Positions 42,133 through 51,579 of a stretch of DNA of 64,000 nucleotides are shown here, piece by piece. A program made the translations under genes and the position numbers. The notes below the pieces were generated by a model. That model was not told the origin of the DNA. It saw only the letters and a program-made list of their open reading frames with translations, and did no database searches. The stretch spans positions 64,001 to 128,000 of the forward strand of contig OY781066.1 in the NCBI GenBank assembly GCA_963676395.1. The letters are read 5' to 3'. How positions within the stretch are numbered: position 1 is the first letter of the stretch; every line of letters begins with the position of its first letter. This DNA is from a bacterium (lineage in GTDB: Bacteria; Fidelibacterota; Fidelibacteria; Fidelibacterales; Fidelibacteraceae).

Positions 42133-43089
42133 CTAATAACTGAGTTTTTCCATTAAGTTAATACCCGAAAGAACATCTTCACGCGAAGGAAACATTTCCC
42201 ATTTTTCCTGAGCAACAAAATCATAAAGTTTGTTATGTCCCTTACCGTAAACATGATCCAGCTTAAAATCCATATCGGGTTTTTCCATACCTTCAACATT
42301 CCAGTGAGAAATTGAATTTAAATTTGTTCCGGCCAAACGGATAATACCTTTTTCAGCGATCAAGGTAAATTCTGTCTCATAATTTTTTTCAAAAGCATCA
42401 ACAGTAGCATTCAAAGATCCAACAATACCTGATTTAAATCTCATGACTGCTGACACCGAATCATAAACTTCAAGTCCTCTTAATGTTCCGCCTTCGCCTT
42501 TCCCGGCCACAAGTTCACCAAAGAAATAATGCAACATATCTACATAATGACTTGCCTGGGTGTATAATACACCACCATCCAAAGAACGTGTTCCATGCCA
42601 ACCGATATCAAAATACGCGTCATTTCTATTCCAAAGTACATTACAAACAAACTGATTTAAATCTCCCAATTTCTTTTCATCGATCATTTTTTTCAACATT
42701 TGTACTAAGGGATTGTATCTATTCTGATAAACAGGTAATAAAGTTTTCCCCGCCTTATCGACTCTGTCAAATACCTCATACGCTTCGCGAACGGTTAAAC
42801 TGAGGGGTTTTTCACAAATAATATAGGGAGCATCGGTATTTTCTGCGATTTCGGCAACATGAAGAGGGTGATTGCCCGATGGTGTTAAAACCGAGATTAT
42901 CTCTACATCTTTTATTTGACGATAATCGGTAACATAGTCTACATTCAGTTGTTGAGCTAAAGCTTTTGCTTTTTCTTCAATTATATCACAAACAATGGAT
43001 ATTTTGAGATCTTTATTTTCATTAATTGCTTCAATATGTCGTTTTGATATACGGCCGCATCCGACCAGAGCGATCTTTTTCATGTACAT
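42133..43089 (-). CDS. WbpB/WlbA-like Gfo/Idh/MocA oxidoreductase
   Basis: GCGRIS, TPSGNH, CEKP, QNRYN, DGGVLYTQASHYVD. Confidence 0.88.
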   Translation of the reverse strand: MYMKKIALVGCGRISKRHIEAINENKDLKISIVCDIIEEKAKALAQQLNVDYVTDYRQIKDVEIISVLTPSGNHPLHVAEIAENTDAPYIICEKPLSLTVREAYEVFDRVDKAGKTLLPVYQNRYNPLVQMLKKMIDEKKLGDLNQFVCNVLWNRNDAYFDIGWHGTRSLDGGVLYTQASHYVDMLHYFFGELVAGKGEGGTLRGLEVYDSVSAVMRFKSGIVGSLNATVDAFEKNYETEFTLIAEKGIIRLAGTNLNSISHWNVEGMEKPDMDFKLDHVYGKGHNKLYDFVAQEKWEMFPSREDVLSGINLMEKLSY

Positions 43090-43115
43090 TTGTCCTTTCT
43101 TAAAAATCCATATGA

Positions 43116-43144
43116 AATATAAACTTTGTTTGTGTTTTTAACAA
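43116..43144 (-). promoter_or_regulatory. Putative promoter of the wbpB-E-D unit
   Basis: TTGTTA-N17-TATATT. Confidence 0.6.
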
Positions 43145-43197
43145 AGTAAATGTTAGGCGCCGATGAAGTCGATGTATGTCAATTTAAGTCGATAATT

Positions 43198-43563
43198 TTA
43201 GATTTTTAACGATCTGTTTAAGGAATTTAACATAAATGTTATTTCATTCACTTTGATCTCTATATCATTAAACAAGGTTTCACTGATATAATTCAAATAG
43301 AAGTGACATTGTAATTCTGTAGCGCTGCCATACGATATGCAAATATACCGCCTAAAATCTTTATTAGAAAATCTCGATGATCCTTCTTTCTGCCATATTT
43401 GCAACAATTGACACAGAACAATAACGAATTTAACTTTTTAGGTTCTTTTCTTCGTCATATGGAATTTTTTCGTAACATCATAAACATAGCTATTGAATTC
43501 ATGTGCTTTTTTCCAAACATCAAGCTTTTCAAAGCCATAAACAAATGATTTAGCTTCTATCAT
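43198..43563 (-). pseudogene. Four-helix-bundle (23S rRNA intervening-sequence protein, IVP) pseudogene
   Basis: Reconstructs as MIEAKSFVYGFEKLDVWKKAH...TKKF/PYDEEKNLKS*IRYCSVSIVANMAE/GSSRFSNKDFRRYICISYGSATELQ; two frameshifts and one nonsense codon. Confidence 0.85.
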
Positions 43564-43639
43564 AGTCCCCCTCGGACGTTTTATAGAATTAACAATAAGC
43601 CATTAAATCATATTTATTTACAACATCGACCTTATCGAC

Positions 43640-45082
43640 TTATTCTTCAGACGGTTTTATCCAAACCAATAATCTGTTCATCAACAATGATGATGTTACG
43701 CCAATGAGGGTATACCATGTCCAATTTACTTTAAACAAACCCTGCCAACCCGCAACAATTATAAAGGTCATTACAGCTATCGAAAAGAAGAAAGGTACAA
43801 CATACTGCCATAGTTTACATTTCTTAAAGAAACGTACAGCAATAAATACTCCCAATGTTCCTCCGTAGGTAAAGGATGCGATGGATAAACCTATTTCTAC
43901 CAAAGGACTCTCTTGGTTGGTAAAGATCATAGCACCAAAAACCATCACAATACCCCATACAAAAGTGGTTATACGAGAGATTTTCAGCCATTTTCCTTCA
44001 TCAGTGATATTCTTGAAAATAGGTTTAAAAATATCAACAGTAATCGATGAGGACATAGCACTTAACGAACCACTTAAAGTCGTCATTGATGCGGCAAAGA
44101 TACCTGCGACTGTTATCCCTTTAACAACAGGAGGTAAGTTTTCGATAATAAATTTTGTAAATAGTTCATCCGGTTTTGTAATACCAAGCGCTTCAAAGCT
44201 GGCACCTTGCCATACCATATACAGCATTGCGCCAATACAAAGGAAAATGACAAATTGTACAAATACTACGATACCGCTTCCGACCATAGCTTTTTTAGAA
44301 TCAGCCTGACTTTTACATGAGAGAATTCTCTGAACAATCAATTGATCTGTACCGTGACTTGCCATAGAAAGTAAAGCACCCCCTATAACACCGCCCCAGA
44401 TTGTATACCCTTTAGCACCATTAAAATTGACTAATAAAGACTTTCCTTTTTCGACGAAATCTGCGACTGACGCACCAGCATCCGGTAGCATATTCATTCC
44501 AATGACCAATGCCGCAACAGCTGCCCCCATATAGATGATCCACTGTGCAAAGTCCATCCAAACAACACCTTTAATTCCACCCATCAAGGTATATGCAACT
44601 GTTACGATACCCAGAATTAGTAATGAATAGAAGTAAGGTAATCCGGTGATCATACTTAAAGGAATAGCAACAGCAAACAAGCGAACACCATCTGCCAAAA
44701 GACGAGTCAACATGAATGTAATTGACATTATACGTTGCATTGTCACGCCGCCTTTTTCCTTGATGGCTTCATATACGGAGATATACTGTCCCTTTGCATA
44801 CATGGGTATAAAAATCAAAGCTACAAAAATTCGACCAACTATATAACCGATACATACCTGTAGAAATGTAAAATTCCCGAGATAAGCTACGCCGGGGATT
44901 GACAAGAATGTCAATACAGAGGTTTCTGCCGCAACGATGGAAACCATAACCGCCCACCAAGGCAATTTGTTGCCGGCTGAAAAATAATCTTTCATATTTT
45001 TTACACTTCGTCCCAGAAGGGATCCTGCCGCAAAAACACCTATCATGAAAGCGACAATAATTGCAATGTCTACTGCTTGCAT
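43640..45082 (-). CDS. Sodium:solute symporter (SSS family)
   Basis: About 13 TM helices; DYFSAG..LPWWA, SIVAAETS, GGIKGVVWMD, HGTDQLIVQRIL. Confidence 0.92.
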   Translation of the reverse strand: MQAVDIAIIVAFMIGVFAAGSLLGRSVKNMKDYFSAGNKLPWWAVMVSIVAAETSVLTFLSIPGVAYLGNFTFLQVCIGYIVGRIFVALIFIPMYAKGQYISVYEAIKEKGGVTMQRIMSITFMLTRLLADGVRLFAVAIPLSMITGLPYFYSLLILGIVTVAYTLMGGIKGVVWMDFAQWIIYMGAAVAALVIGMNMLPDAGASVADFVEKGKSLLVNFNGAKGYTIWGGVIGGALLSMASHGTDQLIVQRILSCKSQADSKKAMVGSGIVVFVQFVIFLCIGAMLYMVWQGASFEALGITKPDELFTKFIIENLPPVVKGITVAGIFAASMTTLSGSLSAMSSSITVDIFKPIFKNITDEGKWLKISRITTFVWGIVMVFGAMIFTNQESPLVEIGLSIASFTYGGTLGVFIAVRFFKKCKLWQYVVPFFFSIAVMTFIIVAGWQGLFKVNWTWYTLIGVTSSLLMNRLLVWIKPSEE

Positions 45083-45110
45083 ACTTTTTCCTTTACTGTT
45101 TATCTAAAAT

Positions 45111-45140
45111 AAAAAACCCGATCGTCTGTAAACGGTCGGG
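45111..45140 (-). terminator. Intrinsic terminator between the outer-membrane protein gene and the SSS gene
   Basis: CCCGACCGT-TTACAG-ACGATCGGG followed by TTTTTT on the minus strand. Confidence 0.75.
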
Positions 45141-45172
45141 CTAATATACTAAAAAAGATGTGCGTTTAAAAA

Positions 45173-46795
45173 TTAAAAAAGAATACCAGTTTCAACATTC
45201 ATAACCGTAACGTTTTCTGTTTTAGGATTAATTATTGCATCACCATTCATATCACGATATGTTAGCATATAGTTATAAACGATACTTATACCACCGCCCA
45301 GGTCCATACCCAGCTTAGCTCCCATAACTGTACGTTCAGAAGGATTACGGAATGCCCATGGATTCGGATCGTTGTTACGATGATAATATCCTGTTATCTC
45401 AGATACCAAAGGAATAGTACCCTTAGGAACAGATGCTTCCGCTTGGAAAGTTTGCAAGATATCACCGGCATTGGATGTCATATTCATATAAGCAAAATCA
45501 AGAGTAAAGAAATTTGCTATATTAATACCGATCGATCCAAAGAAACCTTGTGATTGCGGTAGATTTACTGATAGCAATTGATCAAATTTTGTTTTAGCAA
45601 TATAGCGTTGATCTTCATCCTGGACAAAGTAAACACGGTTTAAATCATAATTTCTATCAAAGAAACCATACTGAAAGTTTTCTTGAGCCCAACGATATTC
45701 AATCTTTGCAGTCATGAAATTACTTATATTCATACCAATACCGACAGGCGATGTACCAATAAATACATCATCCATTGTCAAGTCGCTAAATTGTGTATTT
45801 CCATCAAGATAGCCCAAAACAGCTCCTACTGAATACACATCCAAAGAAAATCCGCTTTTACGAATAATGGGAATGGTAATATCGGCAGCCGCTGAAAATA
45901 CGGTGGGATGAGTTGTCATTAAAGTATCAATTGTTGGAATATACAAAGTTTCAACCGTATCTGCTCTTTCATAACCATCATATGTGGGGAACATCAAACT
46001 CATAATATCCAATACATCCGGAGTCATTTCAGCAATTGCAGGATATTCCCACTTATTGTTACCGTCATCATCTATGTCTTCGGCATCGGCAATTCCGTCA
46101 CCATCCGTATCAACATGAAAATCTCTATTCAAAGGGAAATGATCCATTAAATCTGCATAACCATCGTTATCAAAGTCAGATTCAAACGCATTGTATGGAT
46201 TTAAATCGGCAACGGCTGATACACCCAGTTCTACAAAACCACCAAGGGCAAAGCGACCACCCATAAGGCCGGGTTCTCTACTTACACCACCCATTTCGGT
46301 CCAATCTGCAATAAAACCATAGAAGCTGGTTTTAATCCCTTTTTCTTTCGTTTTCTTGTTAGAGATGGCAATTTCAGTACCAAAACGTTTTTTAACCGGA
46401 TATTCAAGCATGTTGGTGTATCTGTCAATGGAAATACCATTAACAAACGTCACATCATCAAGACCACCGATACGAAAATAAAAGGGATCGTATTTTGTTG
46501 CCCAGCTCAAATAGTAAAGCATATTGAGATAATCTTCATATTCATCCCAATTATGTGTTGATATCTGTCCTTCTGCATTGATATATACTGCCAAATCCAA
46601 CCCCAAACTCAATTTACCAATTGAAAATGTTGGTCGGAATGCAATCTGATTGAACAATTCACCATCTATTGTTACTGCACCGATACCAAAACCGGTTTCG
46701 AACATGGAAGATAATCCTGTGTCTTCTTCAGCTTGTCCAATAAATGGCATTGCTACAAGCAAAAGCATGATTAAAACACTAGCAGTTCTTTTCAT
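45173..46795 (-). CDS. Hypothetical outer-membrane protein with DxDxDG calcium-binding loops
   Basis: Signal peptide, beta-strand-rich, DFDNDGYAD..DHFP, DTDGDGIAD..DIDDDGN, DMNGD, terminal Phe. Confidence 0.65.
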   Translation of the reverse strand: MKRTASVLIMLLLVAMPFIGQAEEDTGLSSMFETGFGIGAVTIDGELFNQIAFRPTFSIGKLSLGLDLAVYINAEGQISTHNWDEYEDYLNMLYYLSWATKYDPFYFRIGGLDDVTFVNGISIDRYTNMLEYPVKKRFGTEIAISNKKTKEKGIKTSFYGFIADWTEMGGVSREPGLMGGRFALGGFVELGVSAVADLNPYNAFESDFDNDGYADLMDHFPLNRDFHVDTDGDGIADAEDIDDDGNNKWEYPAIAEMTPDVLDIMSLMFPTYDGYERADTVETLYIPTIDTLMTTHPTVFSAAADITIPIIRKSGFSLDVYSVGAVLGYLDGNTQFSDLTMDDVFIGTSPVGIGMNISNFMTAKIEYRWAQENFQYGFFDRNYDLNRVYFVQDEDQRYIAKTKFDQLLSVNLPQSQGFFGSIGINIANFFTLDFAYMNMTSNAGDILQTFQAEASVPKGTIPLVSEITGYYHRNNDPNPWAFRNPSERTVMGAKLGMDLGGGISIVYNYMLTYRDMNGDAIINPKTENVTVMNVETGILF

Positions 46796-46833
46796 ATTCT
46801 TCTCCTCACTTTGTTATTATTCTTTACCATGAT

Positions 46834-46862
46834 AATATAAAGGCTATATTAATAAAATGTAA
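46834..46862 (-). promoter_or_regulatory. Putative promoter of the outer-membrane protein gene
   Basis: TTACAT-N17-TATATT. Confidence 0.5.
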
Positions 46863-46961
46863 GATTTTTTATTATTGTTCCGACTAATAATTAAGAATTA
46901 GCAGTTAATAATAGAGGTTGAAAATTGAAAGTATATTATATCAGGCCACTTACTGAGCAAA

Positions 46962-47717
46962 TCAACACATCGACTCATCAACTAATTGCAGTTCACCTGC
47001 CATCGCAAAAGCATTAAAGGCAAATATTGAAATGTGTTTTACAGCTTCGTAGACCTTAAAATTATCTATAACTTTCTTAATATCTTCTGCTTGCTTGACT
47101 TCATTTGCAAATTTTGTTGCCAATTGATCTGCCATTACCGTATCTGGACATGCTACCGCTACAAGATCGGCATGACCAAAATTGGTAGAATGACCAAATT
47201 TCCCGGATGACGCGCAAAGCCCCAGTGGAGTATTCTCAGGGTATATTTTTAGATTTAACTTATTAGATAATGGATGTTCACCTGCGTAAAGTTTCACAGT
47301 AAGTTCTTCCATGACATCAATATATAGATCACCCCCATTTTCTACAATAATTTCATTAAAGGAAAACTTCTCCTTGAGCACCTCACCTATCTCCTGAGCA
47401 AACAATCCGGCTATACCCGCCATAGGACCAACCTTCGTAAGCTTTGAGCATTCGGCGAGCCGCGAAACCAATAAAGGTGCGGAATCTGATGTATTTATTG
47501 GTTCCAAACTTGTTTTGTACTGAGGGTTAAGTATAAAATATTGTTCAAAAATGTTTCTTAACGATCTGATCTTTTTCGCAAGAATATCAATAATATTTTT
47601 TTCGGGAGTTGTGTTATTAACATCGAATGCCAACCAAATATCACTTTCGAGATACGAGTAAGATAGTGTTCTAAATCGTTCCCCCATGTTATCGCGATAC
47701 CAACGGGGTTCGTACAT
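46962..47717 (-). CDS. UPF0280 / ApbE-like protein
   Basis: ESD, VGPMAGIAG, IVENGGD, CASSGKFGHS..FG.AD, AD..AT..AN. Confidence 0.9.
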   Translation of the reverse strand: MYEPRWYRDNMGERFRTLSYSYLESDIWLAFDVNNTTPEKNIIDILAKKIRSLRNIFEQYFILNPQYKTSLEPINTSDSAPLLVSRLAECSKLTKVGPMAGIAGLFAQEIGEVLKEKFSFNEIIVENGGDLYIDVMEELTVKLYAGEHPLSNKLNLKIYPENTPLGLCASSGKFGHSTNFGHADLVAVACPDTVMADQLATKFANEVKQAEDIKKVIDNFKVYEAVKHISIFAFNAFAMAGELQLVDESMC

Positions 47718-47718
47718 G

Positions 47719-48864
47719 TTAATCTATGGCTTTGAGGTTTTTCAGTGATTTATTTTTCGGAAATAATTGCACCGGTTCAGAGATAAGAAATTCACCTTTT
47801 TCAATCTTTTCCTTTAAAATAAGAGCAATTTCTCTGGCTTTTTTAAGCGACGACATAGGAGTTGTAGGTATTAGCTTACCGTTAAATTTGATTTTACCGC
47901 TTCTCAACTCCTTGTAGTTAACTTTACCCAGTATGGGATTCCCCGGAGTTCCATAATCACGCACATAGGTTTCAATTTGCTCATTTCTTATGGATAGCCG
48001 CTTTGCCATCTCGGCGTCAAGCACCGGAATGGGAATACCGATGCCAACAAACATACTAACGCCATATTTTTGATAATAAGCTGCACGAATAAAGTCGGGA
48101 CTCATATCTTTCATATTACCTGTAACGGTCAAGGTACGTGAATGTATCAAAGGAATTCCGTGTTCATTCACCTCAGAATCACTGCGAAACTGGGTTCCAT
48201 TCCAAGTAACATAACCTTCTGCACCACCAAGAAAAATACGCGTACCCAAACCAATTGTCCTTAGTTCAGGATCATTAAGTAATGGACTCATTTCACCTGA
48301 TGTTGAGTAAGTTATATTGCCTAGCTCAGGTTTCAAAATGCCCATATATGTAAATTTTTTATCTTTGGTAGTGTTTGTAGCCGCAGGATAATTTTGATAT
48401 GCATTACGGGGATTATGCAAGATCATTTCATTAACGGTTTCTTTGGATATTTTCGCCTTTATCTCCTTGCGTGGATAACAATCTGTTCCTTTGCCGGTAG
48501 CGAGCAGGTCTACCTCATCACCTCTTATCAAAGCTTCGATAACATGCGCTCCTCCAAATGTAGGATCGTTTTCAGATTCCTGAGTGGCACCTATATAGGT
48601 GTCAACGGCAGCAATACCTCCCGAAACTTCAACGTTATTCAGAAAGATCTTTTCCATTCGCATTGCGGGTGTAGAATGTCCAAAATTAACAAATGCACCC
48701 GATGAACACATAGGTCCAAAGGTTGCAGTAGTAACCACATCCACTTTTTCGGCTATTGCTTCTGAAGACATCGTTTCAGCCAATACAGAAACCTCTTCAG
48801 CGGTCATGACCACTGCCTCTCCCTTTGCTATTTTCTCATTGATCTCTTTATATGATTTTGCCAT
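47719..48864 (-). CDS. DUF39 homocysteine biosynthesis protein (aspartate-semialdehyde sulfurtransferase-like)
   Basis: EINEKI..GEAVV.TAEE, VDVVTTATFGPMCSSGA, GTDCYPR, PRNAYQNY, SPLLNDP, GIGIPIP. Confidence 0.92.
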   Translation of the reverse strand: MAKSYKEINEKIAKGEAVVMTAEEVSVLAETMSSEAIAEKVDVVTTATFGPMCSSGAFVNFGHSTPAMRMEKIFLNNVEVSGGIAAVDTYIGATQESENDPTFGGAHVIEALIRGDEVDLLATGKGTDCYPRKEIKAKISKETVNEMILHNPRNAYQNYPAATNTTKDKKFTYMGILKPELGNITYSTSGEMSPLLNDPELRTIGLGTRIFLGGAEGYVTWNGTQFRSDSEVNEHGIPLIHSRTLTVTGNMKDMSPDFIRAAYYQKYGVSMFVGIGIPIPVLDAEMAKRLSIRNEQIETYVRDYGTPGNPILGKVNYKELRSGKIKFNGKLIPTTPMSSLKKAREIALILKEKIEKGEFLISEPVQLFPKNKSLKNLKAID

Positions 48865-49207
48865 TATATCCCTTTCTTTAACAAAATATAATAAAAATAT
48901 ATCGCAATAGGGGAATGAATTATTGGTAAAATGAACATTTTACATAATTCGTTGTTTTTACATGGATGCAGGAGCGACTCAAGAATCATTCTGAATATGA
49001 AAGAAGATTCTATCAAATAATTTAGCATTCGAACAATAGATATATCAATTATTCCATATTCGTTTACTCACCTATTCATTCGCTCAATGAAAACCTCCTC
49101 GCAATATGCTTTAAAACTATAGCATAATTTATCGAAATTAAAATTAATACGTAAAAAAAATAGAATGCCAGATACACAACACTTTGTATATGGTAAAAAA
49201 GTTTTCA

Positions 49208-49236
49208 TTGTCAACCATGCGCTTTAATCTTAAATT
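49208..49236 (+). promoter_or_regulatory. Putative promoter of the dipeptide epimerase gene
   Basis: TTGTCA-N17-TAAATT. Confidence 0.65.
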
Positions 49237-49274
49237 CCCCACGTTAATGGAAAATCTACAACTAAGGATCTTTA

Positions 49275-50312
49275 ATGAAACTCAAAGTTCATGAATATGA
49301 CCTACCGCTAAAGTATAAATTCGGTATCTCCCGCGAAACACGAACCGTCCAAAAAACCGCCATTATCGAGGTAATCGACGGCGATTATTCCGGATTTGGT
49401 GAATGTGTTGCAAATCATAAATATTATAAATTCACTATCGACATGATCAGAGATGATATGGCGTCGGTTGAAACTGATCTTAACAAGGTCGATATTATTG
49501 CTACTCCTCCCGCGGAAATTTGGGATATGCTCAATGATAAACTTAAGCACAATCCATTCGCTCAATGTGCTTTAGATATGGCCTTATATGATCTTTGGGG
49601 TAAAAAACAGGGGAAAGCGACCTATGAGTTATGGGGATTAAACCCGAAAAACAATCCCGTAACTGATTACACAATTGGAATTGATGAAACACCCATCATG
49701 ATCAAAAAGATGAAAGAATATGCCGATTGGCCTGTCTTTAAAATAAAATTAGGTACAGATCATGATATGGAGATCATGAGTGAATTACGCGAAAATACGG
49801 ATGCCATTTTACGGATTGATGCCAACTGTGCTTGGACAGCCGACCAAACCATTGAATATTCTCATCGTTTAAAGGAATTAAACGTAGAATTCATTGAACA
49901 AGCCATGCCTGCCGAAGCAAGTATAGAAGATATGAAAAAGGTTTATGAGAATTCAGCATTACCTCTTATCGCCGACGAAAGCTGTATTTCTGAAGAAGAT
50001 GTCGATAAATGCTACGGTTTATTCCATGGTGTCAATATTAAGGTCGTCAAATGCGGTGGTCTTACTCCCGCAAAGCGAATGGCCTTGCGCGCCAGAGAAT
50101 TAGGTATGAAAGTGATGGTGGGTTGTATGACAGAATCGACCGTAGGTATTTCGGGGATCGCTCAACTTCTTCCTCTTTTAGATTATGTAGACATGGACGG
50201 TCCAATTCTTCTTGCCAAAGATATTGCTACCGGCGTACGTATCAATAAAGGTGTCGTATCTTATTCCAAAATAAAAGGTAATGGTGTTGTATTAACCGGG
50301 TTCACCGAATAG
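49275..50312 (+). CDS. L-Ala-D/L-Glu dipeptide epimerase (enolase superfamily)
   Basis: FGISR, KIKLG, DANCAW, EQ, ADES, NIK..KCGG, GCMTES, DMDG. Confidence 0.92.
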   Translation: MKLKVHEYDLPLKYKFGISRETRTVQKTAIIEVIDGDYSGFGECVANHKYYKFTIDMIRDDMASVETDLNKVDIIATPPAEIWDMLNDKLKHNPFAQCALDMALYDLWGKKQGKATYELWGLNPKNNPVTDYTIGIDETPIMIKKMKEYADWPVFKIKLGTDHDMEIMSELRENTDAILRIDANCAWTADQTIEYSHRLKELNVEFIEQAMPAEASIEDMKKVYENSALPLIADESCISEEDVDKCYGLFHGVNIKVVKCGGLTPAKRMALRARELGMKVMVGCMTESTVGISGIAQLLPLLDYVDMDGPILLAKDIATGVRINKGVVSYSKIKGNGVVLTGFTE

Positions 50313-50320
50313 GAAAAACT

Positions 50321-50761
50321 ATGAGTGATATAAAAAATAATAAAGTACTTCTTTCTTGGAAAGTCCACATGGCTAAGCACAATATCTCACGAGCCATTTC
50401 AGCGCTGATTCTCATCTTGATTTGTGTTTACTTTGTTAACCTTACACTTGAGGATGGATTTTTAACCTTGGTTTCGTTTTTCGTTCTATTAATGATGGTT
50501 CTCCCCTACTATTTACCTAATACCTTTATCTTAAGCGATGAAGGAGTTGAAAAAAAAATGTTATTCTCAAAGCAGACACGTAAATGGAGTGAATTCCATC
50601 GCTATGAGGTTGGCAAGAATGCCGTTAATCTTTATACCATGAATAAAAAATCGCGCCTTGACAATTATCGCTCGTTTTTGATCATTTGTCATCAAAATAA
50701 AGATAAAGTGATAAAGATCGTTGAAGAAAAGCTTAAAATAAATGAGAAACGAGAGCCTTGA
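50321..50761 (+). CDS. Small membrane protein (2 TM plus PH/YcxB-like domain)
   Basis: LSWKVH, two TM helices, PYYLP, KW.EF, SRLDNYRS. Confidence 0.7.
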   Translation: MSDIKNNKVLLSWKVHMAKHNISRAISALILILICVYFVNLTLEDGFLTLVSFFVLLMMVLPYYLPNTFILSDEGVEKKMLFSKQTRKWSEFHRYEVGKNAVNLYTMNKKSRLDNYRSFLIICHQNKDKVIKIVEEKLKINEKREP

Positions 50762-50819
50762 CAAATCGATAGAAGTAATTTTAAGAAACAATAAGGCATA
50801 TATCTAAAGAGAGACGAAA

Positions 50820-51023
50820 GGTTTATGTGATCAAATTTGCATAGTTACAATTTCCGCACATTCCAGAAAAAGCGATAGATTGGGCACTAAAGATCAAATT
50901 AGTTTAACTACCATAGCATATTTAAATCGATTAGAATATAGACTAGCTTAGCATGGAGTCTGTATTAATAAAAGGCTTTTCATAAAGATCGTAATCTTAG
51001 CGATAACCCACACCTACAAATAG
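50820..51023 (+). pseudogene. Possible heavily decayed second four-helix-bundle remnant
   Basis: Frame from 50820 reads GLCDQI...DRLGTKDQISLTTIAY...LEYRLA*HGVCINKRLF, echoing the IVP pattern GLxDQI...RxxxKDxIxFxxIA...LEYQL. Confidence 0.35.
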
Positions 51024-51125
51024 AAATTTCATACGAAAAAATGCAAGCAAATAAGCAGCTAAACACACACAATTATTTAAACCATAGATCACTAGGAACA
51101 AAGCAAATCTAAGCTCTTTATTATA

Positions 51126-51154
51126 TTGTTCTTCGAACCTTTTATGCTTATATT
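51126..51154 (+). promoter_or_regulatory. Putative promoter of the five-gene membrane operon
   Basis: TTGTTC-N17-TATATT. Confidence 0.6.
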
Positions 51155-51231
51155 TTTCCGTTGTAGTAAATCATAGTACTCTTTAATATAGATTTTGAAT
51201 GTTACTATACCATTATTGGGGTTTATAAGGT

Positions 51232-51579
51232 TTGGAAGATAAAGTATTCGAACAAGAAATGATTGAAAAAATAGCTTCGACAGTAGTCAGACGTCGTTTA
51301 TCTGTGCCGGCTATCCTATTCATGGAAGTTTTAAAGCCATTATCGTTTTTTGGAGCCCAAACTTTGAATTTTTTTGGCCCAATTATTGAATCTCTTATGA
51401 AGAAAGAAAATCGATATTATGATTTTACTTCTTTCCTTGAAGAAAGAAAAAATATCGAAAAGATCCTTGTGCGTATTGAGGAACTTGAGAATGAGAGACC
51501 GCACCCCCCCCAAAAGAATAAAAAAAACAGAAAAAAAGATAAAAAAGACAAACATCATACATTGCAATTGGAGGATTAA
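51232..51579 (+). CDS. Conserved hypothetical protein, first gene of the DUF6754-type operon
   Basis: IEKIA..VVRR.L.VPAILF.E..KPLSF.G.Q...LEERKNIE; TTG start; stop abuts the next ATG. Confidence 0.8.
   Translation: MEDKVFEQEMIEKIASTVVRRRLSVPAILFMEVLKPLSFFGAQTLNFFGPIIESLMKKENRYYDFTSFLEERKNIEKILVRIEELENERPHPPQKNKKNRKKDKKDKHHTLQLED

Noticed and set aside
43198..43407. 69-aa ORF as a standalone gene
   Set aside because: It is the 3' fragment of the frameshifted four-helix-bundle gene that starts at 43563.
48865..49274. SAM riboswitch or T-box upstream of the DUF39 gene
   Set aside because: No SAM-I, SAM-II or T-box consensus was recognisable; the spacer remains unexplained.
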